Part shown: positions 19,779-28,240 of the stretch, in pieces
Layout of the letters: the number at the start of each line of letters is the position of its first letter
Numbering within the stretch: the stretch's first letter is position 1
DNA from: Chloroflexota bacterium
Lineage (GTDB): Bacteria; Chloroflexota; UBA11872; VXOZ01
DNA: 64,000 nucleotides
Direction of reading: 5' to 3'
NCBI GenBank assembly: GCA_963663275.1
Contig: OY760183.1
Coordinates: 1,536,001-1,600,000, forward strand
Program-made: the position numbers and the translations under genes
The notes under the pieces: generated by a model
Databases searched by the model: none
Told to the model about the DNA's origin: nothing
Seen by the model: the letters and a program-made list of their open reading frames with translations, nothing else

Positions 19779-20645
19779 GTGGCTCGCCCGCTCAGACGGC
19801 TCTCGCCGAGCAGCATCCGCGCCTACGAGCGCTGCGCGTACATGTACCACCTGCGGTACAACGAGCGCATCCGCACGCCGAACACGGCGGCGCAACTGCT
19901 TGGCCGGGCGGTGCACGCCGTCATCGAGCTCTTCTATAAGGAAAGACGGGATAAGAACGCCGTGCTCGACGTTGAGGCGGCGTTCGACGCGCTCGACGAC
20001 TCCCTGGACGCCACGCTGCACGAACTCGACGAGGAAGGGCGCGCGGAAGTCGAGGATTTGCGCGAACTGGGCTACGACCTGGTGGAGTACTACGTGGAGG
20101 AGGTCGCGCCCCACGTGCGGCCCCATCTGATCGAGCAACGCTTCTCGTTTACCCTGCCGGGGGTTGACGTTCCCATCGTGGGCTACGTGGACCTGGTAGA
20201 CCAGGATGGCACAGTGATCGACCACAAGACCGCCGCTTCACCCTTTCCCGAAGACTATCTCGCACAAGACGTGCAGTTGCTCACGTACAGCCTCGGCTAC
20301 CACGCCCTGCGCATGGGCGCGCGCCAGCGGCCGGGGCAACTGCCTTTCGTCCACATGCTGCCCCCCGTGCGGCTGGACGTGCTCATCAAGGGCGAGGAGA
20401 TCACCTACCAGCGGCTCGACTTTCGCTATGAGCAGGAACACGTCGAGCGGTACGTGGAGCGGGTGAACGGTGTGGCCGCCGGCATCCGGTCAGCGGACTT
20501 CCGCCCCTTCTGGCAAACGCGAGAGCCGGACCCGGACGTCTGCGGCTACTGCGACTTCAAGCACGTCTGCACGTACCGGCTGCCTGATTCCGTGGATGCC
20601 CCCGCCGAGGGCGGCGCGGACGATCCGGCAACAGACGTCGGGTGA
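19779..20645 (+). CDS. PD-(D/E)XK nuclease, RecB/AddB/Cas4-like, with an Fe-S cysteine motif
   Basis: LSPSSI...C, GRAVH, IEQRF, GYVD, IDHKT, QLLTY and C-terminal CGYCDFKHVC. Confidence 0.85.
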   Translation: MARPLRRLSPSSIRAYERCAYMYHLRYNERIRTPNTAAQLLGRAVHAVIELFYKERRDKNAVLDVEAAFDALDDSLDATLHELDEEGRAEVEDLRELGYDLVEYYVEEVAPHVRPHLIEQRFSFTLPGVDVPIVGYVDLVDQDGTVIDHKTAASPFPEDYLAQDVQLLTYSLGYHALRMGARQRPGQLPFVHMLPPVRLDVLIKGEEITYQRLDFRYEQEHVERYVERVNGVAAGIRSADFRPFWQTREPDPDVCGYCDFKHVCTYRLPDSVDAPAEGGADDPATDVG

Positions 20646-20838
20646 GCGCGGCGCGGGCCGGGTGGAGTTTGCGGCTGCCGCGTGCGGCGGCTATGGGGCG
20701 CGCGTCCCGACTTGCGCTCAGCAGTTTTCCCCTCATGTCCTTTCCCCGCGCCTCTCGCTTCTCAATTTGCGCCGCATTTCCGCGGCGTTGCCGACCGGTA
20801 ACAAATATGAGAATGCGATAAGAAAACCCTCCGGCGTC

Positions 20839-20867
20839 TTGCCACTGGCGGACAGTCTCAGTATGAT
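20839..20867 (+). promoter_or_regulatory. Sigma70-like promoter with no adjacent CDS
   Basis: TTGCCA-N17-TATGAT. Confidence 0.45.
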
Positions 20868-20952
20868 GGTGCCTAAGCTACGGGGGAACGGGTGCGCGGG
20901 GAGCAATGGAAGCAGCGCACGCGGCGTAGCCGGTTGGGAGGAAGCCTAGACT

Positions 20953-21072
20953 CGGCTTTGTGCGGGTCGTGGACGTTCATCCTTCGACAGGCTCAGGACG
21001 AACGGGTAGATGCGGCTTTGCGCGGGGCGTGGTCGTTCATCCTTCGACAGGCTCAGGACGAACGGGTAGACG
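20953..21072 (+). repeat. 60-bp tandem duplication containing the CCTTCGACAGGCTCAGG element (family F)
   Basis: Two copies of CGTTCATCCTTCGACAGGCTCAGGACGAACGGGTAGA, 60 bp apart. Related cores occur at 44704 and 60187. Confidence 0.85.
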
Positions 21073-21415
21073 CAACCTTGCGATGGGGCGTGGTGCGCCT
21101 TTCTCGATGCGCGGTGTTTGCGGCGGCTGCTTGCGGTTGCTGCGACTGCGGTGCGCGAGACCCCCCTTTTTCCACGCGCGGAAGTTCCTCAAAAACCCCT
21201 TCCCCATTGAGGGGGAAGGTTGGGATGGGGGTGAAAAGGCTTAAAGTCAAGCCACCCTTAGTTGAGTAGATCTGGATTCCGGCTTCTGCCGGAATGACGG
21301 AGTTTCGCAGAGGTCTTCTGCGGAGAGACGCGGCGGGCGCGGTCGTACTATACTGTAGACCGCAACGGATCACCGCAGCAGAAGCGTCGTAATCGAGGAG
21401 TCAGGCATTCGTAGA

Positions 21416-21835
21416 ATGCGAGCACGAGCAGAATCACATCCGCCACTGCCGGATGCGCTGCGCAAGCGGCTGCTGAAGCTGGGCGGCCGATTGCCGGGAT
21501 ACGCCTTTGTGCTGGGCGCGGCCTTGCGGCGGCGGAGCATAACGGCGGCCTACGGGCAGGCCTTGGCGCGGGAGGCCGGTTTTGGACGCCTGCCGGTGGC
21601 GGCGCCGGGCCGCGCGTTGCCCGGCTTTCGCCGGCTTGGTAGAGTAGCGGTCATTGGCGTAGTGTTGCACGTGCTGCTGCGCCAGAGCGGCGGCGGGTGG
21701 AGGCGGCGCGGCCTCAGGCTGGCCGGTCTCAGCCTCGCCGCCCTGCGGCACGATGCCGGCACCCTCATCGCGGTGGCGCGCTGGGCGGTCCTGGGCCTGG
21801 TTGCCAGGCGGGCGCGGCTGCGCACGGGCGTATGA
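21416..21835 (+). CDS. Hypothetical protein, possibly a degenerate YkvA/DUF1232-like membrane protein
   Basis: SD-like GAGGAG upstream. RLPGYA...LPG...LG...V.....LR...GLSLAAL..D spacing resembles YkvA-like proteins, but the acidic DLIP/LDD residues are missing. Confidence 0.4.
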   Translation: MRARAESHPPLPDALRKRLLKLGGRLPGYAFVLGAALRRRSITAAYGQALAREAGFGRLPVAAPGRALPGFRRLGRVAVIGVVLHVLLRQSGGGWRRRGLRLAGLSLAALRHDAGTLIAVARWAVLGLVARRARLRTGV

Positions 21836-21874
21836 CTTGCAAGCGCCGGGCGGTGATTGCGCGGTCTTTCCTTA

Positions 21875-22936
21875 ATGTATAGAGTAATGCTGCCGGCGGG
21901 CGGCCGGAATGCGGAGACCAGGGAGAAAGCGGACGTGGCCATTGCGGAGGAACGGCTGGGCCAGGAAATCTGGGCCGACTTGCAGAGCGACGCGCGGGAG
22001 CGCATCCACGGCGCGCTGCTCATGCTCAGCGAGCGGGAGCGGCAGATCGCGCTGATAGACCTGGCGCGCATGGTCGGCACGCCCAACCAATATAGCGTCA
22101 CCGAGCGCGTCTCGGTGGGCAAGGCGCTCTCGTTCGTCGGCGACCCCCGCATCCGCGTCCACGACCCCATGTTGGTGCGGGCGCCGGGCGGCGGCTTCAC
22201 CATGGGTACGTCAGAAGAAGCGGTAGAGCGGATGCTGGCGGAGGACGGCGCCGGCGCAGGCGGCGATGCGGAACCGCTCCACCACACGGAGCGGGGCGCG
22301 GCCCTGATGGAAACGCCGGCGCGTACGGTCGAGTTGCCGCCGTTCTCTATTGGCAAATTTCTCGTGACGAATCTCGAGTTCCGCTCTTTCGTGCTCGCCG
22401 GCGGGGCCCCGGCGCGAGAGTATTGGGAAGGCACGACCGTAGACCCCTGGATCCAGAATCAACCGGTGCGCGGCGTTACGTGGGACGAGGCCGTGGCGTA
22501 CTGCGACTGGCTGGCAAACGAGACCGGTCGCCCTTTTCGCCTGCCCACCGAGGAAGAATGGGAGAAAGCGGCGCGCGGTCCGGACGGCAGGACGTTTCCG
22601 TGGGGAGACGAGTTCCGCTACAATAACGCAAACGTGTGGGAGTGCGGTGTCGGCGCGCCCACGCCGGTCGGGGTCTATCCCGAAGGGGTGAGCCCCTACG
22701 GCGCGCTCGACATGGCCGGTAACGTGGCGGAGTGGACGGCGTCGTTCATGGGGACGTATCCGGATTCCGCCGGCGGCGAGGCGGTTGACGGCGCGGTGGC
22801 CGAGTACGGGCGCTACCGGGTGATACGCGGCGGTTGCTGGCGGGACGGGCAGCGGCAGGCGCGCTGCGCGCGGCGCGGCAACCCCAACGCCCCCCAGGGT
22901 CCCGCAATCGGGTTCCGGGTGGCTCTGGACGCCTGA
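21875..22936 (+). CDS. SUMF1/FGE-sulfatase-fold protein (probably non-catalytic type)
   Basis: GGFTMG, VTNLEF, QPVRGVTWDEA, RLPTEEEWEKAARG, DMAGNVAEW, RGG and IGFR motifs. The start is uncertain. Confidence 0.88.
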   Translation: MYRVMLPAGGRNAETREKADVAIAEERLGQEIWADLQSDARERIHGALLMLSERERQIALIDLARMVGTPNQYSVTERVSVGKALSFVGDPRIRVHDPMLVRAPGGGFTMGTSEEAVERMLAEDGAGAGGDAEPLHHTERGAALMETPARTVELPPFSIGKFLVTNLEFRSFVLAGGAPAREYWEGTTVDPWIQNQPVRGVTWDEAVAYCDWLANETGRPFRLPTEEEWEKAARGPDGRTFPWGDEFRYNNANVWECGVGAPTPVGVYPEGVSPYGALDMAGNVAEWTASFMGTYPDSAGGEAVDGAVAEYGRYRVIRGGCWRDGQRQARCARRGNPNAPQGPAIGFRVALDA

Positions 22937-22994
22937 GCGGCGTAAGACAATTTCAGAGTCTTCCACGCGGCGTGGCGTAGAAGCGTCCATTTAC

Positions 22995-23024
22995 TTGACG
23001 CTGATAAGAATCGTGTGCTAGCGT
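22995..23024 (+). promoter_or_regulatory. Candidate promoter of the ABC operon
   Basis: TTGACG-N18-TAGCGT with a TG extended -10. Confidence 0.4.
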
Positions 23025-23160
23025 ACACTGTAATGTGGAGCGCAGGCTCCGGTTGGGGTAGAGTCCGGTCACGGTGAGAACAGGAAATGCTTAGTCCGCG
23101 CCGGTGTCGAGGGTCTGTGGCGCGTGATGTGTCGCTCGTAACGTGAGGGTGGAAAAGTTC

Positions 23161-26100
23161 ATGGATAACCTGAAGAGAGAAGTCATGCGGCTTCAGGCGG
23201 CGATGAGAAAATCCGAAGCGGTGCGCAATCTGCGTTCGTGGAGCGTTTGGCTGAACGTCGCTCTGGCCGTAATGCTGGTGACGATTTCCATCCCAACCGC
23301 GGCCTCGGCCGCGGTCTTCGCGCAGGCGAGCCAGCCGAAGGACGGGGAAGAAGAGGATGCGGAGGAGAAGGAAGGCACGTTCATTACGCACGCTACCGGC
23401 GTGATCGAAGTGAAGCTGGAGGCCAATTACGCCGAAACGCTTGAAGATTACGCCAAGCAAGGCTACGAGTGGGTCGAGGACGCGGATATTCCCATCGACC
23501 TGTCGAATTTCGTCCGCTTCCGGGGCCAGGAGCCGGAGATTCTGAGCGAACTCGACGGACGCACCGGCGAAATCATCAACTGGCAGGAAGAGACCGAGTG
23601 GATGGAGTGGCGCGTAACCGTGCCCAAGACCGGTCTCTACAATATCGAACTCGAATACTACCCCTTGGCGGGCAAGCGCGCTTCCATCCAGCGGCGCATC
23701 CAGATTGACGGCGAGTACCCGTTCCAGGAAGCGCGGCGGCTGGTCTTCGTGCGCTTCTGGACGGACAAGGGCCTGCCGACCACGGATAATCAAGGCAACG
23801 ACCGCCGCCCCGGCCAACGGGAAGACCCGCGCTGGGAGACGGTGCGCATCATCGATGGCGACGGCATGTACCCGTGGCCCTTCGACTTCTATCTGACTGA
23901 AGGCGAGCACGTGATTCGCATGATCACCGTGCGCGAGCCAATGGCGATCCGCAGTATGCGCCTGGTTACGCCGGATCGCCCGCCAACTTACGCCGAGGTG
24001 CTCAAGTCCTACGCGGAAAATGGCTACAAGAACGCGGGCGAGACCTTGATTCGCCACCAGGCCGAGTTGCCGGTGGAGCGCACCGAGGCCACCATCCGCA
24101 TGGAGTACACCTCCGGCCCGCTGGTGGACCCGTATTCCGCGGGCTACGTGCGCCTGAACGCCTATGGCTCCTATCGCTGGCGCCGCGCGCTGCAAGCGGC
24201 CACGTGGGAGTTCGAGGTGCCGGAAGACGGTCTCTACAAGATTGCCTGGCGGCGCTGGCAGGCCTACGCCAGCTTCCTGCCCTCGGCCCGGCGCATTCTC
24301 ATTGACGGCAAAGTGCCGTTCCAGGAACTCAACAGCTTCCTCTTTACGCCGGATAACGACCGCGATTGGCGCATTGTGCCTTTCGGCGATCGCTCCGGCG
24401 AGGGCGAGCCTTACCTCTTCTATCTGACGAAAGGGAAGCATACCCTGACGATGGAGGTCACCGTCGGCCCCTCGGCGGAGACCATTCGCGCCATCAACAA
24501 GGTGGTGACGGACCTTTCCATCATGGTGCGCGAGATTACGATGATTACGGGCGTCAATCCGGACCCGTACATGGAATTCGACCTTACCTCGCGTATTCCC
24601 ACGCTGGTGCCGCGCCTGGTGACGAATTACGAGTTGCTGGAAGCGCAAGTCGACCACATGACCATGGTGAATAACGGCGTTAAGCCGAACGTGGCCAACG
24701 TGTTGGGCGAGGTGGCGTACCAGTTGCGCGACATGGCCCGGGACCCGGAGAGCATGTCCCGCCGCCTGAGCGACCTGAGCGCCAGCCAGGGCCGTCTCTC
24801 CCAGTGGCTCCTCTATTTGCGCGAGCATCCGCTCTGGCTCGACTACCTCTTGATTACCAATCCTGAGTTCGAGCTTGGCGTGGGCAAGGCCAGCATCTTC
24901 CAGAAGGGCTGGGCCGGCTTCATGAACTTCCTGAGTTCATTCGTGCGCAACTACTACGGCGTCGGCTCCATCTACGGCGATAGCGACGACACCATTACGG
25001 TGTGGGTGGCGCGCGGTCGTGAGTGGGGCATGATCATGAAGGATATGACAGAGGACGACTTTACGCCGGCCAGCGGCATTGCCGTTAACCTGCAAGTATT
25101 CCCGCCGGCGCAACTTAGCGCGGGCTCGGTGAACGTGTTGCTCCTGTCAGTGGCCAGTGGCGTGACTCCGGATGTGGCCACCGGCGTTCTTCCCGATGTC
25201 CCCGTGGAGTTTGCTATCCGTAACGGCGTTGCAAACATGAATAAGTTTTTGGACTATCAGGAGGTGACAACGCGATTCCGGCCCGGCGCGCTGCTGCCCT
25301 TCCGTTGGGAGGGCGGAGACTACGCAATACCGGAAACGCAGGACTTCCTGATGATGTTCTACCGTACGGACATCTTCACTGAATTGGGTCTGACGCCGCC
25401 CGACACGTGGCAAGACCTCTACAACATGATCTGGTTGCTGCAACAACGCGGCATGGACTTCTTCTTCCCGCCGGTAGGAGTCTCCGCGGGCGGCGGCATA
25501 TACGGCTTGGCTGAGTCCCTTGTGCCGGGGTTCCTGCCTTTCCTCTACCAGAACGGTGGCGACTTCTATACCGAGAAAGGCCTGAGCGCGCTCGACTCGC
25601 CGGAAGCCCTGGCGGGATTCCGCGAGTGGACGGAGTTGTACACGAATTACAAGATTACCCAGCAGGCCGACTTCTACAACCGTATGCGTACGGGAGAAAT
25701 GCCGATTGGTGTATCGGGCTTCTTTACGTACATCCTGCTATCCGTGGCCGCGCCGGAGCTTGAGGGCCGCTGGGAAATGCTGCCGCTGCCCGGTAAACGC
25801 CGTCCGGACGGACAGGTAGACCGTACCTCAGGCGGCTATGGTCAAGCGGTTGTGATCATGGACAATTCAGATAAACAGGACAAGGCTTGGGAGTGGGCGA
25901 AGTGGTGGACGTCAACGCGGGCCCAGGCGCGCTTTGGTGAAGAGCTCGAGGCCCTGATTGGCACGGAAGCGCGCTGGAACACGGCCAACGTGAAGGCGCT
26001 CAACCAACTGCCCTTCCCGCAAAAGGACATCGAATCCATCCAGGAGCAATGGCGCTGGTTCAAGGAGCAGCCGGTGACCCTGGGCGGCTACTTTACGCCG

Positions 26101-26262
26101 CGCCACATCATCAATGCGTGGAACCGCGTGGTGCTGCAAGGATGGAACGCGCGCGAAGCCCTGGAAGAAGCGGTCAAGCAGATTGACCGCGAACTCATCC
26201 GCAAACGCGAGGAGTTCGGCCTTGAAGTCGATCTCACGAAGACGAAGGGAGGTCTGGAATAA
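23161..26262 (+). CDS. Giant (about 1030 aa) extracellular solute-binding protein with N-terminal beta-sandwich (CBM-like) domains
   Basis: Signal or TM segment; two W.V.VP..GLY.I / R.I.IDG..PFQE / FYLT.G.H repeats; helical linker; C-terminal SBP_bac_1 (MFYRTDIF, GEMPIG, APELEGRW). Start could be 23143-23203. Confidence 0.85.
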   Translation: MDNLKREVMRLQAAMRKSEAVRNLRSWSVWLNVALAVMLVTISIPTAASAAVFAQASQPKDGEEEDAEEKEGTFITHATGVIEVKLEANYAETLEDYAKQGYEWVEDADIPIDLSNFVRFRGQEPEILSELDGRTGEIINWQEETEWMEWRVTVPKTGLYNIELEYYPLAGKRASIQRRIQIDGEYPFQEARRLVFVRFWTDKGLPTTDNQGNDRRPGQREDPRWETVRIIDGDGMYPWPFDFYLTEGEHVIRMITVREPMAIRSMRLVTPDRPPTYAEVLKSYAENGYKNAGETLIRHQAELPVERTEATIRMEYTSGPLVDPYSAGYVRLNAYGSYRWRRALQAATWEFEVPEDGLYKIAWRRWQAYASFLPSARRILIDGKVPFQELNSFLFTPDNDRDWRIVPFGDRSGEGEPYLFYLTKGKHTLTMEVTVGPSAETIRAINKVVTDLSIMVREITMITGVNPDPYMEFDLTSRIPTLVPRLVTNYELLEAQVDHMTMVNNGVKPNVANVLGEVAYQLRDMARDPESMSRRLSDLSASQGRLSQWLLYLREHPLWLDYLLITNPEFELGVGKASIFQKGWAGFMNFLSSFVRNYYGVGSIYGDSDDTITVWVARGREWGMIMKDMTEDDFTPASGIAVNLQVFPPAQLSAGSVNVLLLSVASGVTPDVATGVLPDVPVEFAIRNGVANMNKFLDYQEVTTRFRPGALLPFRWEGGDYAIPETQDFLMMFYRTDIFTELGLTPPDTWQDLYNMIWLLQQRGMDFFFPPVGVSAGGGIYGLAESLVPGFLPFLYQNGGDFYTEKGLSALDSPEALAGFREWTELYTNYKITQQADFYNRMRTGEMPIGVSGFFTYILLSVAAPELEGRWEMLPLPGKRRPDGQVDRTSGGYGQAVVIMDNSDKQDKAWEWAKWWTSTRAQARFGEELEALIGTEARWNTANVKALNQLPFPQKDIESIQEQWRWFKEQPVTLGGYFTPRHIINAWNRVVLQGWNAREALEEAVKQIDRELIRKREEFGLEVDLTKTKGGLE

Positions 26263-27227
26263 TGGCTGAGGTAAAGAGCGGCGACCCGGGCGTCGAGGCG
26301 ACAACACAGCCGCGGGCCGTCGCGGAGCCGAAGACCGGCCTGCAACGGCTGATCGCGCAGTACGGCGTCTCGTATGCCTTCTTGCTGCCCTATATGATCT
26401 TCTTCTTCGCCTTCCTGATCATCCCCGTGGGGGTGGCTATCTGGCTGAGTTTTACGTATTTCAACATGCTGGAACCGCCGCGTGTGATCGGCTGGTCCAA
26501 CTACCGGCTGTTGTTCCTGGAGGACGACATCTTCGTCCTCTCCATCCGGAACACGCTCTTCTTCGCGTTCATTACCGGGCCGGTCAGCCTGACGGCGTCG
26601 TTCCTGCTGGCTTGGTTCATCAACCAGATCCGGGTGCGCACCATCTACGCGCTGGCCTTCTACGCGCCGTCGCTGACGAGCGCGATCGCCATGGCGGTGG
26701 TATGGCGCATCGTCTTTTCCGGCGACCGCTACGGCTACATGAACTACTTCCTGATGCGCATGGGCTTCATCCAGGAGCCGTTCCTGTGGCTCATCGACCA
26801 GCGCACCATGCTGCCGGTCATCATGTTCGTGATGCTGTGGATGAGCATGGGCAACAACTTCCTTGTGTTCCTGGCCGGTTTGCAGACGGTGAATACCGAG
26901 CTCTACGAAGCCGGCAAGGTGGACGGCATCGCCCATCCGCTGCAAGAGATGTGGTATATTACCTTGCCGTCCATGAAACCGCAGGTGCTGTTCGGCGTAA
27001 TCAACGCGGTGGTGCTGATGTTCTCGGCGGGATTTGAGATTTCGCTCTCCCTGGCCGGTCTGCCCAGCCCGCTGTACGCCGCGCACATGATCCTATCGCA
27101 CCTGTACGACTATGCGTTCATCCGGTTTGAAATGGGGTACGCGGCAGCGATTGCGGTGATACTCTTCATCATTACCTTCGGTGTCGGGCAGGGCGCGCTG
27201 CGCCTGCTCTCGACCAAGGACGAATAA
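26262..27227 (+). CDS. Carbohydrate ABC transporter permease (MalF-like)
   Basis: Six TM segments and the EAA loop ELYEAGKVDG...ITLPSMKP. Overlaps the SBP stop codon (TAATG). Confidence 0.93.
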   Translation: MAEVKSGDPGVEATTQPRAVAEPKTGLQRLIAQYGVSYAFLLPYMIFFFAFLIIPVGVAIWLSFTYFNMLEPPRVIGWSNYRLLFLEDDIFVLSIRNTLFFAFITGPVSLTASFLLAWFINQIRVRTIYALAFYAPSLTSAIAMAVVWRIVFSGDRYGYMNYFLMRMGFIQEPFLWLIDQRTMLPVIMFVMLWMSMGNNFLVFLAGLQTVNTELYEAGKVDGIAHPLQEMWYITLPSMKPQVLFGVINAVVLMFSAGFEISLSLAGLPSPLYAAHMILSHLYDYAFIRFEMGYAAAIAVILFIITFGVGQGALRLLSTKDE

Positions 27228-27245
27228 GGAAGGGGAACCGTAACG

Positions 27246-28106
27246 ATGATAATCCGAGTTGGCAGATTCAAGATGACCAGCGGCGAGTTCACCACCATCG
27301 CCGCCCTGACCATACTTGCGGCATTCATGTCGTTGCCGCTCATCTTCGTGGTGTCGCACGCCCTGAAGCCGATCGACGAGCTTTTCCTCTTTCCGCCGCG
27401 CTTCATCGTGCGCAACCCCACCTTGCGCAATTTCCAGGACCTGCTCATCGCCACCTATTCACTGAACGTGCCCTTCATCCGGTACATCTTCAATAGTGTG
27501 TTCGTGGCGTTCTGCACGGTTGTCGGCGGAGTGTTGCTGGCAAGCCTGGCGGCCTATCCGCTGGCGAAGCACAACTTCCCGGGCCGCAACGCAATGTTCA
27601 TCGTCGTCATCGCGGCTCTCATGTTTACGCCGCAAGTGACGGCGATTCCGCGTTACCTCGTGGTGTACCAGCTTGGCATCATCGACACGTACTTCGCGCT
27701 GGTGCTCCCCAATCTGGCCATTCCGTACGCGCTGTTCCTGATGAAGCAATTCATGGAGCAGATACCGGCGGCGCTGATTGAATCGGCGAAAATCGACGGC
27801 GCCACGGAATGGACGGTGTTCTGGCGGGTGGTGATGCCGTTGGTGACCCCGGCGTGGGCCACCTTGGTGATCATCATCTTCGTGGGCACGTGGAACGACA
27901 TCTGGGCGCCGTTGGTGTTTACGCGCACGGAGTCGATGCGGACGCTGCCGATTGCGCTGCAAACGCTGATTAGCCAAGGCTCGGTAGCGCGTCAAGGCGC
28001 GTACGCGGCCGCGACGTTCATCATGATTACGCCGCCGGTGGTGCTGTTTACCTTGGTGCAGCGGCGCGTGATTGCCACCATGGCGCACTCTGGAATCAAG
28101 GCGTAG
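27246..28106 (+). CDS. Carbohydrate ABC transporter permease (MalG-like)
   Basis: NSVFV, AAYPLAK, the EAA loop IESAKIDGA, WND and TLPIAL motifs. Confidence 0.93.
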   Translation: MIIRVGRFKMTSGEFTTIAALTILAAFMSLPLIFVVSHALKPIDELFLFPPRFIVRNPTLRNFQDLLIATYSLNVPFIRYIFNSVFVAFCTVVGGVLLASLAAYPLAKHNFPGRNAMFIVVIAALMFTPQVTAIPRYLVVYQLGIIDTYFALVLPNLAIPYALFLMKQFMEQIPAALIESAKIDGATEWTVFWRVVMPLVTPAWATLVIIIFVGTWNDIWAPLVFTRTESMRTLPIALQTLISQGSVARQGAYAAATFIMITPPVVLFTLVQRRVIATMAHSGIKA

Positions 28107-28107
28107 G

Positions 28108-28200
28108 AGACGGCGCTGAAAGCGAAAGACGGCGCTGAAAGCGAATTCGGCGCTAATAGCGAATTCGGCGCTAATAGCGAAAGTCGCCGCTGAGAGCGAC
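28108..28200 (+). repeat. Five tandem 18-19-bp mini-hairpin units
   Basis: CGGCGCTGAAAGCGAA x2, CGGCGCTAATAGCGAA x2 and CGCCGCTGAGAGCGAC. Each unit is CGCT-N3-AGCG. Confidence 0.85.
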
Positions 28201-28240
28201 GGTAACAACAAGGGTCGATAACGGGTAAGGAAGCGGAACG

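Noticed and set aside
17894-19816. Long antisense ORFs (also 22813-24828, 30855-32708, 11487-13202, 15732-17279 and others)
   Set aside because: They are shadows of high-GC coding genes on the opposite strand and show no recognisable motifs.
20877-20930. c-di-AMP (ydaO) riboswitch or SRP RNA, suggested by CGGGGGAAC and GGAAGCAGC
   Set aside because: The 3' ydaO motifs and the SRP CAGG-GNRA-AGCAG symmetric loop are absent.
28108-28200. Possible CRISPR array
   Set aside because: The units are 18-19 bp and directly tandem, with no unique spacers and no cas genes.
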